DNA from: an uncultured Porphyromonadaceae bacterium
GTDB lineage: Bacteria; Bacteroidota; Bacteroidia; Bacteroidales; Barnesiellaceae_A
Direction: 5' to 3'
Length of the DNA stretch: 64,000 nt
Assembly (NCBI GenBank): GCA_900538705.1
Contig: UPZG01000001.1
Span: forward strand, 193,007-257,006
This document shows positions 56,526 to 64,000 of the stretch, piece after piece. Both the position numbers and the translations under genes were made by a program. The number at the start of each line of letters is the position of its first letter. Position 1 is the first letter of the stretch. The notes under the pieces are model-generated. The model had not been told where the DNA came from and ran no database searches. It saw only the letters and a list, made by a program, of their open reading frames with translations.

Positions 56526-57242
56526 ATGCACCTCTTTTATACGCCCGATATTGCCGAAACTTTGACCTTGCCCGAACCTGAGAGTGGGCATTGTGTGAGG
56601 GTATTGCGCCTTGTTGAGGGAGACGAGATAGGCTTGGTCGACGGCAGAGGCCATTTTTATACTGCTGTTATAACAGTGGCTCATCCCAAACGTTGTGGTG
56701 TGCGGCTTGCCGAGACGCGCGTGCTGCCACCTACCTGGGCTGGTCATATAGAGGTGGCGATAGCTCCTACCAAAAACTTGGATCGCGTAGAATGGTTTGC
56801 CGAGAAGACGACCGAGATGGGAATAGACGCTATTGTGCCGCTCTTATGTCGCTTTTCGGAACGTAAAGAACTTAAGACAGAGAGAATAGAGAAGATACTT
56901 ATCTCGGCAATGAAGCAGAGCCTGAAAGCTGTATTACCGCGCATAGAAGAAATGACTCCATTTGTACGTTATGTGAGCGAGCCGTTTGAAGGGCAGAAAT
57001 TTATTGCTCATTGCTATCCGGGAGACGAAAAACGCTTGCTCTCACGTTGTTACGAAGCCGGTAAGCCGGTGCGCATATTGATAGGTCCCGAGGGCGATTT
57101 TTCGCCCGAAGAGGTACAATTGGCATTAGAGAAAGGTTATGTGCCTGTTTCATTAGGAGCATCGCGCTTGCGTACCGAGACGGCGGGTGTGGTGGCATGT
57201 CATACTATCCATGTTGTGAATGAATTGGCTGGCATTGAATAA
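56526..57242 (+). CDS. rsmE: 16S rRNA (uracil1498-N3)-methyltransferase
   Basis: 238 aa with a PUA-like N-terminus (MHLFYTPDI...HCVRVLRL) and the SPOUT C-terminus (ILIGPEGDFSPEE...LG.RLRTETA). Confidence 0.88.
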   Translation: MHLFYTPDIAETLTLPEPESGHCVRVLRLVEGDEIGLVDGRGHFYTAVITVAHPKRCGVRLAETRVLPPTWAGHIEVAIAPTKNLDRVEWFAEKTTEMGIDAIVPLLCRFSERKELKTERIEKILISAMKQSLKAVLPRIEEMTPFVRYVSEPFEGQKFIAHCYPGDEKRLLSRCYEAGKPVRILIGPEGDFSPEEVQLALEKGYVPVSLGASRLRTETAGVVACHTIHVVNELAGIE

Positions 57243-57316
57243 CACGATGGTTATAGATAGACGCGAGCTTAGGTGAATGTCAATATGTTTGACTTGGAAT
57301 AAATGACAAAAAAGAA

Positions 57317-58153
57317 ATGATAGAGATAGACAAACTGAAATATACCCTCTCGGGAAACTTCTTCCTTATGGCGGGTCCGTGCGTTATAGAGAGTGAGGAA
57401 ATGGCAATGCAGATAGCCGGCCATATCGTCGAGTTGACCGAGCGCCTGCATATCCCTTATATTTTCAAAGGATCATATCGCAAGGCCAACCGCTCGCGAG
57501 TAGATTCCTTTACTGGCATAGGTGACAAGGAGGCTCTCGAGATATTGCGAAAAGTGGGAGACCGTTTCGATGTACCGGTAGTTACCGATATCCATACGCC
57601 CGACGAAGCTGCTATGGCGGCTCCCTATGTCGATGTATTACAGATACCGGCTTTCCTATGTAGACAAACCGATTTGCTTATAGCTGCTGCGCGTACCGGT
57701 AAGGTAGTCAATATTAAAAAAGGACAGTTTCTCTCGCCAGAGGCTATGCAGTTTGCTGCACAAAAGGTCGTAGATATGGGTAATGATAGAGTAATGCTCA
57801 CGGAGCGAGGTACTACCTTTGGTTACCAAGACCTTGTAGTCGATTTCCGTGCCATTCCCATCATGCAGCGTACAGGGTTCCCGGTTATCATCGATGCTAC
57901 TCACAGTTTGCAGCAGCCTAATCAGAGTGCCGGTGTTACTGGTGGAATGCCAGATATGATAGAGACTATAGCACGCGCCGGTATAGCTGTGGGTGCTGAT
58001 GGTCTTTTTATAGAGACGCATCCCGAACCACAAAAAGCAAAATCGGATGGAGCGAATATGCTTCGCCTCGATTTACTCGAGGGGCTGCTCGTGCGCCTGT
58101 TGGCGATACGACATGCTATCAATACATTTACAGATACAGAAGAACATAAATAA
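57317..58153 (+). CDS. kdsA: 3-deoxy-8-phosphooctulonate (KDO-8-P) synthase
   Basis: Shows FLMAGPCVIES..., KGSYRKANRS, QIPAFLCRQTDL and DATHS motifs. Confidence 0.92.
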   Translation: MIEIDKLKYTLSGNFFLMAGPCVIESEEMAMQIAGHIVELTERLHIPYIFKGSYRKANRSRVDSFTGIGDKEALEILRKVGDRFDVPVVTDIHTPDEAAMAAPYVDVLQIPAFLCRQTDLLIAAARTGKVVNIKKGQFLSPEAMQFAAQKVVDMGNDRVMLTERGTTFGYQDLVVDFRAIPIMQRTGFPVIIDATHSLQQPNQSAGVTGGMPDMIETIARAGIAVGADGLFIETHPEPQKAKSDGANMLRLDLLEGLLVRLLAIRHAINTFTDTEEHK

Positions 58154-58172
58154 TTATTCCATAATAAGACGT

Positions 58173-59762
58173 ATGAAAATGTCAATCAGAAAACTTTTGT
58201 TGTTATTGTCGATTATTCCGGTTTCCTTGTCGGCACAAAAGTACATGGATAATCCTATGGTGCGCATTGCAATGGATACCTATGCAGCCCAGATAGCGGA
58301 AAACCCCGACGATTATATGCCATATTATAGCCGGGCAAAAGACTACTTCAAGTATGGTGAGAAAGAACTTGCCCTTGCCGACTTGAACAAAGCAATAGAG
58401 CTTTTCCCTCGCAAAGAGGAGGCAGACCTTTCGCAAGCTTATACGTTGAGAGCTTTGATATATCAGGAAAAAGATAATTTTGTGGCGGCTCTCAATGACT
58501 TTAATGAAGCTCTCAGACTTGACCCTCAGTCACGTTTTTCCCTTATAGGTCGTGCCGATTTATTATATAAAAACGGTGATTATGAAAATGCACAACGCGA
58601 TTATGAAATTCTGCTCAGACAGGATGTGCGTTGTCAGGAGGCATATCTGGGATTGGCACGCATTGCCTATCACGAAAATAATATAGGGTTATGCAACGAC
58701 TATCTTGAAAAAGCCCAAAATGCAAATCCTTCCAATCCCGATTTCTATTTACAACGAGGTATCTTCTACGAGGCTGCGGGGGATCTGCAACGAGCTGCTG
58801 ACGATTATGTCCGTGTATTGGTCTTTGACGAGAGTAATGCCCAGGCACTGGCTCTGCTTAATCATCTTGCATCGAGAGCATATACTTCTGTGATAGATGC
58901 TATAACTAATTGCATCAGTGATGTTAACGACAAGGGCTTTTTCTATTTTCTGAGAGCCCTTGTACATAAAAACAATTGGCACTATACGGCATCTATCAAT
59001 GACTGGAATACTATCCTTGCCGAAAAATATTTCTATACTCACTCTATCTTTTATAACCGTGCCTATTGTTATTTCCATTTAGGACGGTTTGAATATGCCC
59101 TTGATGATATAAATATGGCTTTGTCGCTCAATGGAGAGAGTTTGCCGTATCATATATTGCGGGCGCGATTATATCGTATTGCTGGTGAATATGCTCTTGC
59201 TGCCGATGAGTTGGCAATGGCTGCGACTTTCAATCCTGTCGATGTAGATGTATTGCAGCAATCGGGTATTCTGGCTGCCGAGCAGGGCGACTATGAGAAG
59301 GCTCTGCGATACTATAACGAGACTATCATCAACAATGCCGACATACCGTATTCGTATATTCTCCGTGCCGATGCCTACGAAAAAAGTGGTGATAAAGAGG
59401 CTGCTGTTAATAATTATGAATTGATTGCAGCTACTCCGGAGGCAGAGCCTACGGTATCGTCTTTGAGAGGCTTTGCATTGGCAAAGTTAGGCCGTGTATC
59501 TGAAGCTGAAGTGTGGATACAAAATATTTTGTCTACCTCTGCACGTACGGTTACCGGTGAAGACTATTATTATGCTGCATGTCTGTACGCCTTGATGGGA
59601 CAAAAGGCCACGGCATTGCGTTATCTTGAGGAGGCTTTTAAGCAAGGATATGGCGATTATTACAACATCTATTTTGAAAACGATTCACCAATATCGTTGG
59701 AGCCTCTGCGTAGTGATCCCGACTTCCGTATGCTGGTACAGCAGTATAGTTCTATATTCTGA
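58173..59762 (+). CDS. Secreted TPR-repeat protein
   Basis: Start moved to the ATG at 58173 (MKMSIRKLLLLLSIIPVSLSAQ, a signal peptide); the track's extension overlaps kdsA. Multiple 34-aa TPR-like repeats run throughout. Confidence 0.75.
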   Translation: MKMSIRKLLLLLSIIPVSLSAQKYMDNPMVRIAMDTYAAQIAENPDDYMPYYSRAKDYFKYGEKELALADLNKAIELFPRKEEADLSQAYTLRALIYQEKDNFVAALNDFNEALRLDPQSRFSLIGRADLLYKNGDYENAQRDYEILLRQDVRCQEAYLGLARIAYHENNIGLCNDYLEKAQNANPSNPDFYLQRGIFYEAAGDLQRAADDYVRVLVFDESNAQALALLNHLASRAYTSVIDAITNCISDVNDKGFFYFLRALVHKNNWHYTASINDWNTILAEKYFYTHSIFYNRAYCYFHLGRFEYALDDINMALSLNGESLPYHILRARLYRIAGEYALAADELAMAATFNPVDVDVLQQSGILAAEQGDYEKALRYYNETIINNADIPYSYILRADAYEKSGDKEAAVNNYELIAATPEAEPTVSSLRGFALAKLGRVSEAEVWIQNILSTSARTVTGEDYYYAACLYALMGQKATALRYLEEAFKQGYGDYYNIYFENDSPISLEPLRSDPDFRMLVQQYSSIF

Positions 59763-59919
59763 TATTTTCATAAAGTGTAAAGATATGAATACAGCACCGT
59801 CTATTTTGGGATTGTTGTGTAATAAGCCACTGATGTTAAATGCTTGTAAATGATGTAGAGACATTGCTGTAAAGAGACATATTTGTACAACGAAATTTGT
59901 TTTTTGTATGTAAATAGCC

Positions 59920-59927
59920 TACTTTTG
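59920..59927 (+). promoter_or_regulatory. Candidate -7 box TACTTTTG upstream of the hybrid two-component regulator gene
   Basis: Matches TAnnTTTG, 61 nt upstream of the ATG at 59988. Confidence 0.4.
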
Positions 59928-59987
59928 TCATCGATGTTCTATCAAGTTATCCTCTCGCTTCAGGTGGTTGCCCTATATAAGACGAAC

Positions 59988-62900
59988 ATGAAAAGAATAG
60001 TATTGTGCTGCATTGGTTTATTGCTTCCGCTATTGTGCTTAGCGGCTCTTACGGGTGCGCCAGAACTCTATTTTTATAATGTTACAGGGGTAAATACCAT
60101 ATCGCAGAGCAATGTGAAGGCAATATGTGAGGATAGCTACGGCTTCATGTGGTTTGGTACGAAAAACGGGCTCAATCGTTACGATGGTTACCGGTTCAGA
60201 GAGTTTGATGTGCAAGATACTGACAAACATTGTGGGAATAATAATGTAAGTGTTCTGTTTGAGGACTCGGATAAGAAACTATGGGTCGGTACTGATAAGG
60301 GTGTATATCGTTTCGACCCTGTCAAAGAGAAATTTGTTTTTATTGATTTACTGGCGCAGGATTCTGTATATATGAACGACTGGGTATCGGCTATTGAGAG
60401 TGATAAAGATGGTCGTATATGGATTGTGATACCCAATCAGGGCGTATTTCGCTATGACCAGCAGGCACACCGATTACAACACTATCCATTCCGCGACAAA
60501 AGTCGGAAGCCAGAACGCGACGAGAGTACGCCGCAGAGCCTCTGCATACGTACCAATGGCGAGGTATGGATAGGCTCGAACCGTATGGGCCTTTTTAAGT
60601 ATGACTCTGAGAAAGATTCTTTCAGCCAATGGATTGTAGATGCTTATGGTAATACCGTACAGGGCGAGAATATATATACTTTGTGTGAGTATGGTGATGC
60701 TCTCGTGATGGGGGTACATGAGGGAATGCTAAAAAAATGGGATTTGAACGCCAATAGAATAAGTGTTTTCGATACACCACAAATTCACTATAAGATAATA
60801 CGCTGTGTGAAGTGTTTCGACCGTCGCAACTTATTGGTAGCGACTCAAGACGGATTATATGTTGTCAATGAGCGCGACAAGTCGGTGCACCATTACTTTG
60901 AAGACGACCTCAATCCATATGGACTCTCAGACAACAATATCTTTACCATATATAAGGACCGTGAAGGGGGTATCTGGTTAGGGTCTCTGTTTGGAGGCGT
61001 TGACTATCTGCCAAAACGGGCATATACTTTCCGTAAATATTTCCCTGTAAACATTGAGGGCTCTATAGAAGGAAAGCGTATTCGAGAAATGTGCGAAGAT
61101 AGCCATGGAAATATATGGATAGGAACCGAGGATAAAGGTGTTAATGTGTTCTATCCTCAAAAACATATTTTCAGGCATATCGATGAGGCACAAAGTGCGA
61201 TGCGTACCAATCTTGCCCTTATGGCCGATAGAGATAAAGTATATGTGGGCATTTTCAAGGCGGGTATGGAGGTCTATTCTATAGATACGTACAAGGCTCG
61301 CTTTTATTCGGGGAAAGAACTCAATCTGTTGGACGAGGCAAGTGTGTGTGCTCTCTTTAAGGATTCTGAAGGCGGTTACTGGTTGGGCAACTCATGGGGT
61401 GTATATTATGCCCCCGGTGAATATTTATCCTTTAAGCGTATGAGCCAGTTTGGCGATGCCTATATATATGATATTGCTGAAGACCGTAATCGTAATATTT
61501 GGATTGCCACGATGGGAAATGGTGTGATGTGTTATAACCTCGATACCCACAACATTCGTACTTATGTGGCTCAACCGAGCGATTCTCTTTCTCTTAGTTC
61601 CAATTCGGTAAGCAGCGTTACTATTGGACGCAAGGGAGAGGTGTGGTTCTCGACCGACAGGGGTGGAATATGCCGTTATAACCGTGAAACAGATGACTTT
61701 ACGACTTTCTCGGTAAAAGATGGTTTTCCCGATAATGTATGCTATAAAATTTTGGAAGATTGGCATCACAATCTGTGGTTTGGTACAAACAAAGGTCTGG
61801 TATGCTTCAATCCTGAGACACGGGCCGTAAGGGTATATACCGAGCGCGACGGATTATTGTCAGACCAGTTTAATTATAAATCGGCTCTTGAAAGTCGCGA
61901 CGGTACGTTCTATTTTGGCACTATCAAAGGACTTATAGCCTTCAATCCTTACAAAATGGGTGTCAACAATCATATACCTCCGGTATATATTACCCAAATG
62001 CGGGTACATAACCAAGACGTAAAGGTTGGAGATGCCGATTCATTACTTTCGAGTGCCTTGCAATTTACCCAAGAGGTAGTGTTGCATTATAACCAGGAGA
62101 ATGTCTCGTTTGATTTTGTTGCTCTCGATTATGTTTCGCCTTCTTCCAACAAGTTCCGGTATCGGCTCGAAGGAGTTGACGACAATTGGGTCTCTACATC
62201 GCAGCAAAGAGTCTCGTATTCGCAGTTGAGTCCTGGCAAGTATCGTTTTAGGGTACAGGCTTCCAATAATGATGGGAAATGGAATTATGAGGGAGCATCC
62301 CTTTCGGTGATAGTATTGCCCCCATGGTGGCGTACCGTGTATGCTTACATCTCTTACGTATTGTTGGTGATGTTGTGTGTCTATGCATTTTTCCTTTGGT
62401 ATAAACATCGCAAGGAGATGCAGTCGCAACGTGCTGTCAATCTTTTGGAGATGAGGAAGGAGAAGGAGCTGTATAGTGCTAAAGTAGAGTTCTTTACCTC
62501 TATTGCGCATGAAATAAAGACTCCGCTGTCGCTTATAAAAGGCCCGCTCGAAGCTGTGCTTACATTAGATTTGCCTTCCGATGCTCAAAAATGGCTTAAG
62601 GTTATAGATGTGAATACCGAGCGTCTTTTGTCGCTCATCAATCAGTTGCTCGATTTCAGGAAGATAGAAGGTAACCGTATGAGCCTGAGTTATACTATGC
62701 AAGACATCGTTGCATTGTTGAAAGAGACCTTGGCCTGTTTTGAACCCTCAATAACCCACGCCGGTAAGCATTTGGTCGTGTCGTATAGTGTTGAGTCGTG
62801 TGTTGTACCTATTGATAAAGAGGCAGTTACTAAGGTCTTGAGTAATTTGCTGAGTAATGCACTTAAATATGCGGCCAATGTAATAAAGGTGGATTTTGTT

Positions 62901-63998
62901 TGCGATGAGAACGACTTTTCTGTTTCTGTGGCTTCAGATGGTGATATTATCCCTTATGACAAGCAACGGCGTATTTTTGAACCTTTCTATCAAATAGAAG
63001 ATTCGGCATCGGGGGTGGGTCTGGGCCTTTCTTTGGCACGTTCTATCGTAGAGTTACATAATGGGTATCTTGATTTGTTGGTTTCGCCCGATGGTAAGTA
63101 TAACGTTTTTACCCTTACTTTGCCGCGGAAACAAGATGGTGTAATAGTGTGGGAGAGCAAGTTTACAAATCAAGATTCGTTAGTGGCAGGTGATGAGATG
63201 CTTGCTCGCGATGCATTTCCTACCGATATGTCGGGTAGTTCGGTACTTGTTGTCGATGATAATCCTGAGGTGTTGGAGTTCCTGGTAGACCGATTCAGTG
63301 ACCGTTTTGTTGTCTTTTCTGCCACCAATGGAAAAGAGGCTCTTGAGATATTGGAACGTGAGACAGTGCATATTATTGTGTGCGATGTAATGATGCCTGT
63401 CATGGACGGCTTTGAATTGTGCCGAGTGGTGAAAAACACACCTCAGTATGCTCATATACCTGTCATTCTACTTTCTGCCAAATCCGATTTGCAAAGTAAG
63501 TTGCATGGTATGGAGCTGGGAGCCGATGCCTTTTTGGAGAAACCCTTCTCGTTTACATATCTGATTGCCAAGGTAAATAATCTTTTACTCAATCGTCAGA
63601 AAGAGGTGGAGGCTGTCGTGCGACGGCCGTTGGTACACAAGATAGGTCAGCATACCAAAGCCGAGGAGGAGCTTATGGAGCGTATAGCCGAGGTGATAAG
63701 TCAAAATATGGCCGATGAGAGTTTCAATGTAGAAAAGCTGGCGTCTACGCTCTGTATGAGCAGGTCAGACTTACATCGCAAAACAAAGAAATTATTCGAT
63801 TTGCCACCGGTAGAGTATATCCGTCTTGTACGTTTGCAGCATGCTGCTACGTTGCTTGCCGAAGGAAAATATTCTATCTCGGAAGTTGCGGCGATGGTAG
63901 GAATAGGTTCTCCCTCGTATTTCAGCCGTTTGTTCCAAAAACAGTTTGGGGTTACACCCAAAGTATTTGTTATGCAGCAGCGCGAGCGTCGTTCGTAG
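59988..63998 (+). CDS. Hybrid two-component system protein: periplasmic beta-propeller/Y_Y_Y sensor, histidine kinase, receiver and AraC-type HTH
   Basis: The features run in order: signal/TM MKRIVLCCIGLLLPLLCLAAL; repeated W.GT..GL..YD propeller motifs; a TM helix after about residue 800; H-box FFTSIAHEIKTPL; an ATPase G-boxes region; receiver VLVVDDNPE...D...MP.MDG; and a C-terminal AraC HTH (...SPSYFSRLFQKQFGVTP). Start moved to the ATG at 59988. Confidence 0.88.
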   Translation: MKRIVLCCIGLLLPLLCLAALTGAPELYFYNVTGVNTISQSNVKAICEDSYGFMWFGTKNGLNRYDGYRFREFDVQDTDKHCGNNNVSVLFEDSDKKLWVGTDKGVYRFDPVKEKFVFIDLLAQDSVYMNDWVSAIESDKDGRIWIVIPNQGVFRYDQQAHRLQHYPFRDKSRKPERDESTPQSLCIRTNGEVWIGSNRMGLFKYDSEKDSFSQWIVDAYGNTVQGENIYTLCEYGDALVMGVHEGMLKKWDLNANRISVFDTPQIHYKIIRCVKCFDRRNLLVATQDGLYVVNERDKSVHHYFEDDLNPYGLSDNNIFTIYKDREGGIWLGSLFGGVDYLPKRAYTFRKYFPVNIEGSIEGKRIREMCEDSHGNIWIGTEDKGVNVFYPQKHIFRHIDEAQSAMRTNLALMADRDKVYVGIFKAGMEVYSIDTYKARFYSGKELNLLDEASVCALFKDSEGGYWLGNSWGVYYAPGEYLSFKRMSQFGDAYIYDIAEDRNRNIWIATMGNGVMCYNLDTHNIRTYVAQPSDSLSLSSNSVSSVTIGRKGEVWFSTDRGGICRYNRETDDFTTFSVKDGFPDNVCYKILEDWHHNLWFGTNKGLVCFNPETRAVRVYTERDGLLSDQFNYKSALESRDGTFYFGTIKGLIAFNPYKMGVNNHIPPVYITQMRVHNQDVKVGDADSLLSSALQFTQEVVLHYNQENVSFDFVALDYVSPSSNKFRYRLEGVDDNWVSTSQQRVSYSQLSPGKYRFRVQASNNDGKWNYEGASLSVIVLPPWWRTVYAYISYVLLVMLCVYAFFLWYKHRKEMQSQRAVNLLEMRKEKELYSAKVEFFTSIAHEIKTPLSLIKGPLEAVLTLDLPSDAQKWLKVIDVNTERLLSLINQLLDFRKIEGNRMSLSYTMQDIVALLKETLACFEPSITHAGKHLVVSYSVESCVVPIDKEAVTKVLSNLLSNALKYAANVIKVDFVCDENDFSVSVASDGDIIPYDKQRRIFEPFYQIEDSASGVGLGLSLARSIVELHNGYLDLLVSPDGKYNVFTLTLPRKQDGVIVWESKFTNQDSLVAGDEMLARDAFPTDMSGSSVLVVDDNPEVLEFLVDRFSDRFVVFSATNGKEALEILERETVHIIVCDVMMPVMDGFELCRVVKNTPQYAHIPVILLSAKSDLQSKLHGMELGADAFLEKPFSFTYLIAKVNNLLLNRQKEVEAVVRRPLVHKIGQHTKAEEELMERIAEVISQNMADESFNVEKLASTLCMSRSDLHRKTKKLFDLPPVEYIRLVRLQHAATLLAEGKYSISEVAAMVGIGSPSYFSRLFQKQFGVTPKVFVMQQRERRS

Positions 63999-64000
63999 GC

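Overview
This window looks like a core chromosomal segment of a Bacteroidota (Bacteroidales-type) genome. That call is an inference from three things. First, the gene order rpsU - tyrosine recombinase - raiA/hpf - tRNA(Thr-Tyr-Gly-Thr) - tuf - tRNA-Trp - secE - nusG - rplKAJL - rpoBC. Second, repeated TAnnTTTG (-7) promoter boxes. Third, typical Bacteroidota genes: a hybrid two-component regulator, a DUF4254/GT9 pair, class 3 FBPase, and skp-skp-bamA-uppS. Coding density is high and almost every gene is recognisable housekeeping: envelope biogenesis, riboflavin, pyrimidine, pyruvate formate-lyase, translation and transcription. I saw no rRNA, CRISPR array, transposase, prophage or obvious defence island. 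The part that least fits plain housekeeping is the minus-strand gene string at 23.1-31.5 kb. It reads DUF4254, GT9 glycosyltransferase, alpha/beta hydrolase, a MurF-like Mur ligase whose N-terminal domain is replaced by a polytopic membrane domain, a long Ddl-like ATP-grasp ligase with an expanded specificity loop, then a Dna2-like PD-(D/E)XK nuclease/SF1 helicase fusion. I flag the hydrolase / membrane-MurF / Ddl triad as the best candidate for an undescribed envelope-peptide module. The null hypothesis, that it is simply this organism's murF-ddl pair, cannot be excluded from this window. Other points worth a look are a TPR/HTH regulator split by a frameshift at a homopolymer, symmetric and repeated motifs in the 518-bp pflB upstream region, and an edge-truncated secreted multidomain protein. 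The ORF track translates TTG and GTG starts as M, so several starts below were moved to internal ATG codons. All coordinates come from manual reading and no searches were run.
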